64,000 bases of DNA from the NCBI GenBank assembly GCA_046314355.1, contig JBKBWQ010000001.1, forward strand, positions 1,408,001 through 1,472,000, read 5' to 3'. The stretch comes from Candidatus Altimarinota bacterium (GTDB taxonomy: Bacteria; Patescibacteriota; Gracilibacteria; 1-14-2-50-48-13). Below the pieces are notes generated by a model that was not told the DNA's origin, ran no database searches, and saw only the letters and a list, made by a program, of their open reading frames with translations. Numbering within the stretch: the first letter of the stretch is position 1; every line of letters begins with the position of its first letter. Shown here piece after piece: positions 27,575 through 37,864 of the stretch. Position numbers and translations under genes: made by a program.

Positions 27575-30500
27575 ATGAAAGTCCTTCTCAGGCTTCAAAC
27601 ACTTTTACTTTCAATGGTACTTATCGGGTGTGTGTCGGGAGTAGTGCCTCCAAGTGCGGAGGCAGCAGATTCTGAGAGCTTTGGGGTGCATCTTTCCCAG
27701 CCGTCATATAAAAATGGTGAGCAGATGGTAGTAAAAGCAGATTTATCTACATATGAACATATAAAGCAGGTCTATGCTGTTATAAAAGAAACTGATGTGA
27801 AATTTCCGCTTTTCTTAGATAAGGATGGGGAATGGAGAGGTACCTGGAGTGTACAGGGGCTAGAAGAATTAAAGTATACACTGTATGTGCATGCTTTTTT
27901 AAGTGACGGTACAGAGGTCCGCTCAAATCCGACTGAGTTCTCAGATCCAGTATTTGGAAATACCAGTCTTGGAAATACTGCATATCCGGAAGGAGGACTT
28001 GCAAAGTTATCTAATACTCTCGTAGAAGGAACTTTAAGCTTCTTTAGAGATACTCAATATGATGCTGATGATGGATTCGCATATACTTCATCTTATGGTC
28101 CAGCTCTTTCAAGAATACTTAAAATACGTACCTCAGATTTCAAGAATGTTGCACAGCTTGATCTGCCTAATCCAGACTGGGCAGGAGATATATTTATTGA
28201 TAAAGATGACGATCGTATTCTAATGATAAATTATGATTCCCCCTCTACTGTAACGAAGGTAAGGCTGTCAGACTTTTCATATCAGGGAACTTTTACGATA
28301 GATCTCAATGGTATATATCCAGGTATAATGAGCTTCGATAAGGAAAATGATATGATGTATATCCCCACAGATGATACGCCGTCAACGGTCTATAAGGTGG
28401 ATATGAATACAGAATTAGTCCTGACAAGTCTTACGCTTGATGCGGGGGAAGACTATATCTATAACTTTTATATAGATCCTGTCGCTCAGAAGGCTTATGC
28501 CACCACCTATACATCTCCTATCTCACTAGTGAAGATCGATCTTGCGACAATGACTAGAGAAGATGCTCTTGTGCTTTCATCTGACATGAATGATGCATGG
28601 CTTTCAGTACCAGATGATACATTTACGAAAATGTATGTGATTGCAGATACGACTCAGTCTTATATTGCACGTATTGATCTGGCAACCATGACGGAAGAAG
28701 ACGTAGTACCACTGGATGTGACAGATATATATCCAGGTTCAATGATATATAACCCGGATGATGATAAAATATACTTCTCTGTAAGTGACACTAATATTGG
28801 TGGAAGGATAGTAAGAGTTGATGCGGCTACACTTACTCGTGAGGCTGAATCCCAGCTGCTCATAGATGAACAATATATTAAAATTGAGTTCATAGACCCG
28901 GCATCTCAGTATATGTATGTAAGAATCAGTACTGATAAAGGAATCCTGACAAGAGTTGATCTCAATACTTTTACACGCCTGGACTCTATCCAGGTCAATG
29001 GAGACGGAAGCCGAGATCTCTCTGTAGCATCAGTGGCAGATACAGAGAACAGATTTGGATACTATGTGATGGGCAGCACGCCTGGTGCAGTAGTGAAAGT
29101 AAATCTTGATACTCAAAGAGAGCTAGATATCAAATCCTTTGGGACAGGGGAAGCGGGAGCAAAAGCAGTAATTATAGATAAACAGAATCAGTTTTTGTAT
29201 GTCGGTATTAATAGTACAACGGGTGGTATCAATGATAAGATTTTGAAATATAATTTATCCAACTTTACTCTCGCGGGTACTCTGGATCTGGGATCCAACG
29301 CCTATAACCTTATTTCTGCTTCCATTGATGAGGCCAATACACTTGGATATTTCGGTAGCGCTGGAGCACCGGGTAAAGTCCTTAAAGTGCATCTTCCATC
29401 CATGACGCTTGATACGGAGACAACGCTTACTACTTCACAGGACAATCCTACTGCTTCTCTAGTGCTGGGAGGTTATGTGTACTTGACGACTGAGAATTTA
29501 AGTAGAGATATTGCTATGATTGTACGTCTCGATAAAGATACTCTTGCAGTCGATAAAGTTCAGACTGTAAGAGTGTACGGTTATGGAGTAGAGAGTTTTA
29601 AGTCTATTTTCTATGATGCAAAAGTTGATAAAATCTATGCATTGGATTATCAGACACTCTACGTCATCTCGCCTGATAATTTTCAGATAGATAAAGAATA
29701 CGATCTCGTGAGTGCACATGGTGAGAGCAGACATTCTCCATTTTATTACGGCATGCCTGATATACCTACTACAGCGGTATTTGATGCAGAAGGTGGGAAT
29801 ATCTATGTCACATCCTATTATCCAACAGTTGTAGTAAAGATTAAGCCTCGTGAAGGCATCATTGCATGGCTTAAGTCACTTCCGACTGGGACCTTCGATG
29901 AGTACTCGACTAGTGTTCTTTTTGATGATAAGACAGGACAGCTGCTTATTGGTACGATGAATTATCCAAGCCGTATTATTACTTTCCGAGTAAGTCCGGA
30001 AGGGTATATCTCTGGTACAAAGATTACTTTGCCTGAAAATGCAGGAACAGTGGATAAGGTAAAATTCTACTCTCATCAGGTAGCAGGAAATGTGAGACTG
30101 GCACTCTATGATAATGCAAAAAATCTTGTTTGGCAGAGTGCAGATATCACCGTAACAAAAGAAAATGACTGGCAGGAAGTAGATATTTCTACTGGTTCTC
30201 CATCCACACTTGCTAATCTTCCGGCAGGTGAATACTGGGCTGCTTTCCAAACAAATAGCGGAGCAAGTACCATGAGTTTCTCTCAGGGAAACACGGATTC
30301 AGGATTTGAACTTGCATCTGCCTACGGCACGTTCCCAGCTGCGGTGACAGGTGAGACTTTGACTTCCGGAAACTGGTCTATAGCCTTTGTCTATAACACA
30401 GCAACTGCTCCTGCGGGAAATACTAATTATCCAAATGGAAACATGAAGAGAGTTGGAAATATCGACCTACCATCTTGGGGAGATGATGTACTTTCAAGTG

Positions 30501-33500
30501 TGATCGACCCTGTGAAAAATATTGCATATATTTCTACAGTGTACGGAGAGATCATGAAATATGATATTACAACAAGCAAGGTAACTTCACAGAAGCAGAT
30601 GGGAGCATTGGGAATCGGAATGAGTGTTTCAGTGCTGGATTCTACTGGAACTTATGGTTACTATATCGCAAGTGACGGCAGTCCGAGACGTCATGTAGTG
30701 ATGAAAATCCGTATGAGCGATCTAGAGATTATGGATACCGTTCGTCTTGAGTTAGGTACAAGTATCTTGCTTCATGGTATGATTCTTGATCCGGCAAATA
30801 CCTACGGGTACATTATGGATGATGCAAATAACCGTGTGATTAAAGTGCGTCTCAGTGATATGACTCTTCTGGATAGTCTTGCATTTACCAATCTTGAGAA
30901 CCCTCATGCTCATCCGATCATCGATAGTACTACAAATATGATGTATGTGAGCGTGGGATACGGTGATCCTGAGAGAAAAATAATTAAAATTGATCTTTCT
31001 ACATTTACCCGAGTTGGTGAACTCTATGGTCCATCAGGAGATATGTTCCTTTCACCTGATAAGCAGTATATTTACTCTCTTGTTCAGCAGAATCTAGCAT
31101 CAGGTACTGACATTAAACGAATCAAATTGAGTGATTTTAGCGTAGATGCTTCTGCCGTTCTTGCCACACAGCTTGGAGATCCGACCTTTGGATTTCTGGA
31201 TGCTACGGGAACCTTTGGATACTTCATGGATAGCTCTTCTGATCCAGTACCTTTTCTCAAAGTAAACCTCTCAACTCTTGCTCTTGATACTCAGCTTGCA
31301 CTTCCTCTAGGATTTGAAAATCCTCTGGATGTCCTCTACGACGCTGACAGCGGAAAAGCCTTTGCAGTGAATGAGGATTACCCAACCAAAGTAATACGGA
31401 TCGATGTTCCTACATTTAGTGTAGAGACTACGACAACTCTTCCTTATGAATATGGAGAATCCTATGTACTATCCTTCGATCCTGTTCATAGAAAGATGTA
31501 TTCCATGTCCTATTTCCAAGAGGGAAAGATCGGAGTATTTGACATAGATGGAAATGGATATCCGGTAGATGTGGAACTAGGCGGAGGTCGTGAAGTAGAT
31601 TATGAGAGAAAAGGATTCTTTGATCCGAGTTATTCATTCCTTTATTGGCCAAGCAGCAATCGTCAGAAGTATTATAAAATAAGTACGGCAACAAATACCT
31701 ATGATGGTGAGCTTACACTTCCTGCAGGTGATACATATGCAACTAGTGTATTCCATCCTGACGGCAGTACACTTTATACTGGTGTGACATCCGTCGCAGG
31801 TAGAAAAATACTAAAGATTGATCCGACTACTCTTGCAGTGACTCAAACTTCAGCGGCTCATTCAGATATTTCTGATCTGGTTTCCTTTGTCTATGATGAG
31901 CAGAATGATAAGATTATTGCTATGACTCGAGTAGGAGCAGGATTTAAAATTATCCGCTTTGATGCAACTACACTTGCAAGAGAGACTGAATTCTCAGTAC
32001 CGACGGTACCAGGATTTAAGATCCCGACAAGTACAATGTATAATCCAAATACAAGAAAGATTACGTATAGTTTCTCCTATAACAATGCTAATACTTTCTC
32101 TACTGTAAATCCTGATGTGCTCAATAGCTTTGATATAGATACGTTTGCTATTGATGCAAGTATGAATGCTCCGGAGAATGTAGGACTGGAAGTAGGTACT
32201 ATCGATATTGCTAAAAATCTTGCCTATTTTGTAGGATGGGGTGGAGATGAGGATATACATAATGTCACTCAGATAGATCTAACTACGATGAAAGTAAAGG
32301 GAGTGCTGCCCTTTGAGAATTCTGAAGGATATGGTGGAGATATCGAGTTTGATAACGTAAAAGGATATGTGTATCCGCTTGTATGGAACGGTCCAATGAG
32401 TGGAAGTAGAGTAATCAAGATTGCGACTTCACAAAAGGGACTTATCAACTCATTCAAGTATGTTCTTCCGACAAATGCAAGTGCCATAGACTACTTTAGA
32501 TTTTACTCAGAGACTGCCGGAGGAAATATCCGTATTGGTTTCTATGATGATAATAAAGAGCTTCTCTGGGAGTCAGGTTCGATCGCAAATACAGCCACAA
32601 AAGATTGGATTACTGTGCCTGTGTCTTCAGGTAGTCCCACAGCTCTTACTAATATCCCTGCTGGAGATTACTGGCTTACTTTCCAGACAGACTCTACTCT
32701 TGATATAGGTAGTTTCTCTCTAGGAAGTACACAGTCGAGTTTCATCAGTGAATGGCTCTTTGGTACATTCCCGGATGCTATAGAAAATATGGTAGCTGCC
32801 TTTGATGAATGGACCATGCAGACCATATACAATATAGCAGTACTATTAAATGAAACAGGAGGAAGTACGGCTGTCACAGAAGGAAGTGCAACTGATACCT
32901 ATACTATTGTCCTGCAGGCTGCTCCAGAGTCAGATGTTACAGTAAATATAACACCTCAGGATAGTCTGATTGCTGATAAAGCTTCTGTCACATTTACACC
33001 TGTAAACTGGAATACTCCTCAAACGGTTACTGTCTCTATTACAGATGATAGTACTCCAGGGATTGCCCGGAATGGAACTATTACCCATACTATTATAACT
33101 ACAGATACCTACTATACTGGTAAAACTGTACCTTCACTCACAGTAGCCATTACGGATGCGACGAGTATGGCTGTATCCAATCCTCCTTCCGCTCCATCAC
33201 TGCTTTTTGCAAATGAACAGACCATAGGTTCTCAGCTCGGAGCAAGTAATCCAATTACACTTGGAGATGGTGCACTTGTGTTCTCAGCACAATATAATGA
33301 TCCAAATGGAGCTGATACTGCAAATAAATATCAGATTCAGATCGCCACTGATTCAGGATTTACACAGATTGTGCATGATTCAGGTAATACTGGAGTAAGT
33401 ATGGCAAATGTGACACAAGGGGCTAGATCTGCAGACCTTACGGCTGCCAGTTTTACACCTACTGAAGGAGTCCGCTACTACTGGAGAATCAAGTTCTTTG

Positions 33501-34441
33501 ATCAGGATGGAAATGCAGGTGATTTCTCTACAGAATCCGCATTCTTTGAAAATCCCGCTCCTATTCCTCCTGTAGTTGTACCTCCTGCACCAAGTGTAGG
33601 CGGCGGAGGTGGAGGTTATACTTCAACTCCAAGTATGCCGGCACCAGTACTTCCTCCAGTAAATTCAAATACGAATAACTCACCAGCGCCAGTCGACACT
33701 CCGGTGAAGACTCCTGATGCTCCATCTAAGCCATCTGCGCCTACTGTGCCTACGACGCCAACAGTTCCTACTGTTCCAAGGACACCCCTTGATGCTGCAA
33801 GTGTCACTCGTTTACTAAGACTTAGCTCATCTATTCCTGCTGAAAAAAGTATATGTGCTATGAATTCTGCTTCTCCAGTTTACAAAGATGTTACGAGTGC
33901 TGATTTATCACTTTTCATTGATGCACTGCAGAAAAAGGGAGTAGTCTTTGATACTAGTGAAGGCAACTTCCACGCTGCAGATAAGATCAATCGTTCTGAG
34001 ATGCTTCGTATAGTAGTCCAGGGAAGCTGTGAGTTCTTTGAAAAGCTTAAATTATCTGAAGCTCCTTTCCCTGATGTGAAACTGGATCATAAAGATAGTC
34101 TCTATATTGGACTCGCGAAGTTACGAAAGATAGTGAATGGATATCTGCATGATGGATTATTTAAACCTGAGAAGAGTATTACTCGTGCCGAAGCTCTTAA
34201 GATTATTCTAGAAGTAGTCATCGGAGATGGTAAGAGATCATTTACAGGTACAGCAAAACCATATGATGATATTGCCTGGGATGATGAAAAGGTATGGTAT
34301 CGAGGGTATATCAGTTTCGCATATGAAAAGGGAATTATCGGAGCTTCCGTAGATAAGAAGTTCCTTCCTAATGATCTTGCATCAAGAGAGGATATTATCT
34401 GGATGTTTGCAGCTACTATCAAATATAGGCAGACATACTAA
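27575..34441 (+). CDS. Giant secreted surface protein: duplicated beta-propeller-like modules, Calx-beta/Ig-like domains, Pro-rich linker, C-terminal SLH domains
   Basis: Signal peptide ending AEA; repeated I.K.DL.T blades; FTPVNWNTPQTVTV; SLH-like INRSEML, FKPEKSITRAEALK. Confidence 0.75.
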   Translation: MKVLLRLQTLLLSMVLIGCVSGVVPPSAEAADSESFGVHLSQPSYKNGEQMVVKADLSTYEHIKQVYAVIKETDVKFPLFLDKDGEWRGTWSVQGLEELKYTLYVHAFLSDGTEVRSNPTEFSDPVFGNTSLGNTAYPEGGLAKLSNTLVEGTLSFFRDTQYDADDGFAYTSSYGPALSRILKIRTSDFKNVAQLDLPNPDWAGDIFIDKDDDRILMINYDSPSTVTKVRLSDFSYQGTFTIDLNGIYPGIMSFDKENDMMYIPTDDTPSTVYKVDMNTELVLTSLTLDAGEDYIYNFYIDPVAQKAYATTYTSPISLVKIDLATMTREDALVLSSDMNDAWLSVPDDTFTKMYVIADTTQSYIARIDLATMTEEDVVPLDVTDIYPGSMIYNPDDDKIYFSVSDTNIGGRIVRVDAATLTREAESQLLIDEQYIKIEFIDPASQYMYVRISTDKGILTRVDLNTFTRLDSIQVNGDGSRDLSVASVADTENRFGYYVMGSTPGAVVKVNLDTQRELDIKSFGTGEAGAKAVIIDKQNQFLYVGINSTTGGINDKILKYNLSNFTLAGTLDLGSNAYNLISASIDEANTLGYFGSAGAPGKVLKVHLPSMTLDTETTLTTSQDNPTASLVLGGYVYLTTENLSRDIAMIVRLDKDTLAVDKVQTVRVYGYGVESFKSIFYDAKVDKIYALDYQTLYVISPDNFQIDKEYDLVSAHGESRHSPFYYGMPDIPTTAVFDAEGGNIYVTSYYPTVVVKIKPREGIIAWLKSLPTGTFDEYSTSVLFDDKTGQLLIGTMNYPSRIITFRVSPEGYISGTKITLPENAGTVDKVKFYSHQVAGNVRLALYDNAKNLVWQSADITVTKENDWQEVDISTGSPSTLANLPAGEYWAAFQTNSGASTMSFSQGNTDSGFELASAYGTFPAAVTGETLTSGNWSIAFVYNTATAPAGNTNYPNGNMKRVGNIDLPSWGDDVLSSVIDPVKNIAYISTVYGEIMKYDITTSKVTSQKQMGALGIGMSVSVLDSTGTYGYYIASDGSPRRHVVMKIRMSDLEIMDTVRLELGTSILLHGMILDPANTYGYIMDDANNRVIKVRLSDMTLLDSLAFTNLENPHAHPIIDSTTNMMYVSVGYGDPERKIIKIDLSTFTRVGELYGPSGDMFLSPDKQYIYSLVQQNLASGTDIKRIKLSDFSVDASAVLATQLGDPTFGFLDATGTFGYFMDSSSDPVPFLKVNLSTLALDTQLALPLGFENPLDVLYDADSGKAFAVNEDYPTKVIRIDVPTFSVETTTTLPYEYGESYVLSFDPVHRKMYSMSYFQEGKIGVFDIDGNGYPVDVELGGGREVDYERKGFFDPSYSFLYWPSSNRQKYYKISTATNTYDGELTLPAGDTYATSVFHPDGSTLYTGVTSVAGRKILKIDPTTLAVTQTSAAHSDISDLVSFVYDEQNDKIIAMTRVGAGFKIIRFDATTLARETEFSVPTVPGFKIPTSTMYNPNTRKITYSFSYNNANTFSTVNPDVLNSFDIDTFAIDASMNAPENVGLEVGTIDIAKNLAYFVGWGGDEDIHNVTQIDLTTMKVKGVLPFENSEGYGGDIEFDNVKGYVYPLVWNGPMSGSRVIKIATSQKGLINSFKYVLPTNASAIDYFRFYSETAGGNIRIGFYDDNKELLWESGSIANTATKDWITVPVSSGSPTALTNIPAGDYWLTFQTDSTLDIGSFSLGSTQSSFISEWLFGTFPDAIENMVAAFDEWTMQTIYNIAVLLNETGGSTAVTEGSATDTYTIVLQAAPESDVTVNITPQDSLIADKASVTFTPVNWNTPQTVTVSITDDSTPGIARNGTITHTIITTDTYYTGKTVPSLTVAITDATSMAVSNPPSAPSLLFANEQTIGSQLGASNPITLGDGALVFSAQYNDPNGADTANKYQIQIATDSGFTQIVHDSGNTGVSMANVTQGARSADLTAASFTPTEGVRYYWRIKFFDQDGNAGDFSTESAFFENPAPIPPVVVPPAPSVGGGGGGYTSTPSMPAPVLPPVNSNTNNSPAPVDTPVKTPDAPSKPSAPTVPTTPTVPTVPRTPLDAASVTRLLRLSSSIPAEKSICAMNSASPVYKDVTSADLSLFIDALQKKGVVFDTSEGNFHAADKINRSEMLRIVVQGSCEFFEKLKLSEAPFPDVKLDHKDSLYIGLAKLRKIVNGYLHDGLFKPEKSITRAEALKIILEVVIGDGKRSFTGTAKPYDDIAWDDEKVWYRGYISFAYEKGIIGASVDKKFLPNDLASREDIIWMFAATIKYRQTY

Positions 34442-34468
34442 GCATAAGACTAATAAATTAGCATATAC

Positions 34469-34506
34469 AAAAAAGAATCTACTCCCTTGAGAGTAGATTC
34501 TTTTTT
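34469..34506. terminator. Bidirectional intrinsic terminator
   Basis: AAAAAAGAATCTACTC-6nt-GAGTAGATTCTTTTTT. Confidence 0.78.
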
Positions 34507-34510
34507 ACTA

Positions 34511-34705
34511 TTACTTAGAGTTGCCAGCTCTTCCTCCGTGTGAGTATCCCTTAGTATTATTGTGTATTCTGTTTCCTTTTTTCCCATCCTTATGAAAGGC
34601 AAGATTACTTTGAATAGCATTTGTACTTCCAGGATATGCAAACTTCATTGCAGGCTGTACGTACTTGTCGATTTTGTCATTGTGAGCTCCTGTTTTATGT
34701 GCCAT
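34511..34705 (-). CDS. Small basic hypothetical protein
   Basis: 64-aa ORF ending just before the terminator. Confidence 0.5.
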   Translation of the reverse strand: MAHKTGAHNDKIDKYVQPAMKFAYPGSTNAIQSNLAFHKDGKKGNRIHNNTKGYSHGGRAGNSK

Positions 34706-34812
34706 AAAGAATATTTATGAGATAAAAACTGTAAGTATCCTACCCCTAAAGCCTTTCTAGAGCAATTGTCTAAGCCGGCAGTTAATGTTAGAATAGGTCT
34801 TATAAGATGATT

Positions 34813-36168
34813 TTAATCTTTTAGTTGCTGAAAGAAATCCCACATATATTGTCCTGTACCTCTCGGCCATGTATGAGGAGTATACTGTCCTCCAGAGTAG
34901 GTATCAGTGGTATGAGGGCACCAGACCACAGGGGCAAATTCATTGCAGCCTTGATAAAGTATGCAGTTGCCTGAAGGAGGACTTGTAGGTACAGCGTTCA
35001 TACTACAGCTGTTTTGTTTTATATAGAGATTCCTGGAATTTTCTCCCTGTGAGAATGCGGTAAGATTATCTTGAGGGTTATGCCATACCATCGCTGCTAC
35101 AGGTCCATTACAGTTTTTCTCGGCTCTTCCTCCTGCTATAGTTGCAGCGCCTCGTATTACATTTCCGCGTACACAGGCAAGATTGTTGGCAAACCAAGCT
35201 CCAAGAGAATGTCCTACAATATGAATCTCATCTGTATTGATGCAGTATTTACTTGTGTATTCTGCAAGCATAGTATCAAAGAATGTATAGTCTTTACCTA
35301 GGGTCCAGTTATAACTAGAAGATCCAGCAGATGTACCTGCAGGATAGATAACGATTGCTTTTCCGCCTGAAGCTCTATCTAATCCTACATATCTCTGAAA
35401 GCTGGTATTTGATGTGGTTCTACCGTGAAAAGCAAAGATCAGAGACACTGGCACATTTTTATTGTATGAACTTGGTACATAGACCGCCGCTGAACGTGTC
35501 ACACCATTTACGTTAAATGTATTTGGTGCACCAGAAGGAGCGTTCAGTCCGCATCCTGAGGACTTCGCATTTCTTACGGATCCAAAATTTATTTTTCCTT
35601 CCTTATAGAGGAGTATGTTGTAGAGCAGGTGTGCTGTTTCTTCACGTGTAAAAGCTCTTCCTGGATCATAGGAGAACTTTGAAAAGATGTTATTATTATG
35701 GTAATAATCTACATATTGTTCAAACCACGCTTCACCAGGTTTCGCAGCGGCGACAGGCATTTGAAAAGCTTTCGTAGCGATTGAGAAAGCTTCTACTATA
35801 TTGATGGATTGACCCGGACGGAAAGTCTTATCGGGATATCCCTGGACTATACCCATCTGCACAGCCTTACAGATATATGGTGCAAACCATTGGTTCGTAA
35901 CATCAGAGAAACAGTTTCCAATCCCTGAAGGTGCAGCAGTATTATTGCCGCTCATGATAAGCTTGAGAAATTCAGCCCGGTTGATTGCCTGATAAGGACG
36001 AAAAGTCCCGTCTGAGTATCCTTCTATAAGTTTACGGTCAGCGAGATTCTGTACCTCAGAGGCATAAGAACTCCCTGTGAGATCTTTAAAAGAGGCATCT
36101 GCAATAGGAGCAAAAGTCAGGTTTATTATAATAAGAAGAGACAGACACGTTTTTATGAGATTTTTCAT
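34813..36168 (-). CDS. SLH-domain protein with C-terminal LpqC/PHB-depolymerase-like esterase
   Basis: Signal peptide; GYSDGTFRP..INRAEF; SSGCG, AFHG, GHSLG, WCPH..HTWP. Confidence 0.82.
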   Translation of the reverse strand: MKNLIKTCLSLLIIINLTFAPIADASFKDLTGSSYASEVQNLADRKLIEGYSDGTFRPYQAINRAEFLKLIMSGNNTAAPSGIGNCFSDVTNQWFAPYICKAVQMGIVQGYPDKTFRPGQSINIVEAFSIATKAFQMPVAAAKPGEAWFEQYVDYYHNNNIFSKFSYDPGRAFTREETAHLLYNILLYKEGKINFGSVRNAKSSGCGLNAPSGAPNTFNVNGVTRSAAVYVPSSYNKNVPVSLIFAFHGRTTSNTSFQRYVGLDRASGGKAIVIYPAGTSAGSSSYNWTLGKDYTFFDTMLAEYTSKYCINTDEIHIVGHSLGAWFANNLACVRGNVIRGAATIAGGRAEKNCNGPVAAMVWHNPQDNLTAFSQGENSRNLYIKQNSCSMNAVPTSPPSGNCILYQGCNEFAPVVWCPHTTDTYSGGQYTPHTWPRGTGQYMWDFFQQLKD

Positions 36169-36386
36169 GGTGTATTGCTCTTAGAAAATATTTATGAGAG
36201 TTTTTCAGCTTATAGTATACTCTAAAAATGAATTTATGATACTCCAAAATACTGTGGAGTTATAAAGCCTCATTGCTCAATCTATATTGTTTCCTTAAAT
36301 TACTCAATTACTCAATTACTTATTTTACTTATTTACTCCTCATACCTTTTTCCGGTATACTCATCTATGCATATTCATCTTCGATC

Positions 36387-36935
36387 ATGACTAAAAACCA
36401 ATCTATAAAATACCTCGCCTTTCTCCGGGGAATAAATGTGGGGGGTCATCATAAAGTAAAAATGGACGATCTCAAGAAAATATTTGTAGATCTTGGATTT
36501 CTAAATGTGAAAACCGTCATTGCAAGCGGAAATGTGTATTTTGAAAGTACTGAGAGTGATGCCGTCCTGTTAAGAAACCATATAGAAGAAGCACTGCTGC
36601 AAACCTTCAGTTTTGCTATTCCTACCATTATTAGGACGCAGAAAGAAATCCAGGATCTTGTCATATCTGACCCTTACAAAGGGAAAGAGGTTACAAAAAA
36701 TACAAGACTCTATATCACATTTCTGGGAGCCAGACATAATAGTATGCTGAAAGCTCCCTATATGGCACCGGCGAAGGATTATGAGATTCTCCAAATTACG
36801 GATAAGGAAGTGGTGAGCATTCTTGAACTTAATCCGGAACATAAGACTCTGGATAGCATGAATGTTCTAGGGCAGTTCGGGAATAACGTCACGACCCGCA
36901 ACTGGAATACGGTAATGAAAATGGCAGCTTTATAA
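36387..36935 (+). CDS. DUF1697 family protein
   Basis: YLAFLRGINVGG, TVIASGNV, TTRNWNTV. Confidence 0.9.
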   Translation: MTKNQSIKYLAFLRGINVGGHHKVKMDDLKKIFVDLGFLNVKTVIASGNVYFESTESDAVLLRNHIEEALLQTFSFAIPTIIRTQKEIQDLVISDPYKGKEVTKNTRLYITFLGARHNSMLKAPYMAPAKDYEILQITDKEVVSILELNPEHKTLDSMNVLGQFGNNVTTRNWNTVMKMAAL

Positions 36936-36951
36936 TTTTACAATAATTGTT

Positions 36952-37320
36952 ATGGAAAAAATCACAGGACTAGGTGGAGTATTCTTCAGAGCAAAGGATC
37001 CTAAAGCACTAGGGGAATGGTATGAGAAAAACTTTGGTATCACTGCTATGTCTGAGTCAGCAGCTGAAGTCTGGACACAGGAAAAAGGTCCTACTGTTTT
37101 TGCACCTTTTTCTGCAAATACCACATATTATCCTGCATCTCAGCAATGCATGTTCAATTTTCGCGTAAATAATATGGACGCGATGCTCTCTCAGCTTGAG
37201 GCTAATGGAGTGAAAATAGAAGAAGAAAAAATGAATGATGAGATAGGTAAGTTTGCTTGGGTATGGGATCTGGAGGGAAATAAAATTGAACTCTGGGAGC
37301 CTGCGCCTGGATCGAAATAA
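36952..37320 (+). CDS. VOC/glyoxalase family protein
   Basis: ITGLGGVFF, NFRV, GKFAW.WDLEGNKIELWEP. Confidence 0.9.
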   Translation: MEKITGLGGVFFRAKDPKALGEWYEKNFGITAMSESAAEVWTQEKGPTVFAPFSANTTYYPASQQCMFNFRVNNMDAMLSQLEANGVKIEEEKMNDEIGKFAWVWDLEGNKIELWEPAPGSK

Positions 37321-37343
37321 TCTATCTATTTACTATCATTTTT

Positions 37344-37727
37344 ATGGAAAAATCATATATACCTGAAGGATTCATGGAAGTGACTCCATGTATTTCAGTA
37401 AAGGATGCAGATAAATGTATCGAATTCTTAGTGGATGTGCTGGAAGGAAAACTGATCGCACGCTACGCAGATGAGAATGACCGCATTATGAACGCTATAG
37501 TCCGCATCGGTGCTTCTACTATTGAACTCTCCGATGCAAATGAACAATGGCCGGCAAGACCCGCCGCATGCCATGTGTATGTGCCTGATGTAGATGCTGC
37601 CTATGAAAGAGCATTAAAAGCAGGAGCAAAATCTCTTGGGGCACCTACGGATAAACATTATGGAGAAAGAGGAGCTGAGCTGGAAGATGAGTTTGGCAAT
37701 CACTGGTATATAGCTACAGTAAAGTAA
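37344..37727 (+). CDS. VOC family protein
   Basis: VYVPDVDAAYERALKAGA, YGER, DEFGNHWYIAT. Confidence 0.9.
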   Translation: MEKSYIPEGFMEVTPCISVKDADKCIEFLVDVLEGKLIARYADENDRIMNAIVRIGASTIELSDANEQWPARPAACHVYVPDVDAAYERALKAGAKSLGAPTDKHYGERGAELEDEFGNHWYIATVK

Positions 37728-37753
37728 AATTCATATTTTGAAGTAAAAATATA

Positions 37754-37786
37754 TAAAAGTAATATTATTGTCTAATATTACTTTTA
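37754..37786. promoter_or_regulatory. 14-bp inverted repeat (operator or terminator)
   Basis: TAAAAGTAATATTA-TTGTC-TAATATTACTTTTA followed by TTGACG. Confidence 0.45.
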
Positions 37787-37864
37787 GTATTGACGGAAAA
37801 AAGAAAGAGAGTAGTTTTGTTCGGTAAATAAAAATAAGTAAAAATAGAGTAAAAGGAGTCTGAA

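Noticed and set aside
33550-33790. Repetitive DNA
   Set aside because: Explained by the Pro/Thr/Gly linker of the giant protein
27780-34422. Many short antisense ORFs, here and inside other genes
   Set aside because: Shadows of well-supported CDSs on the opposite strand
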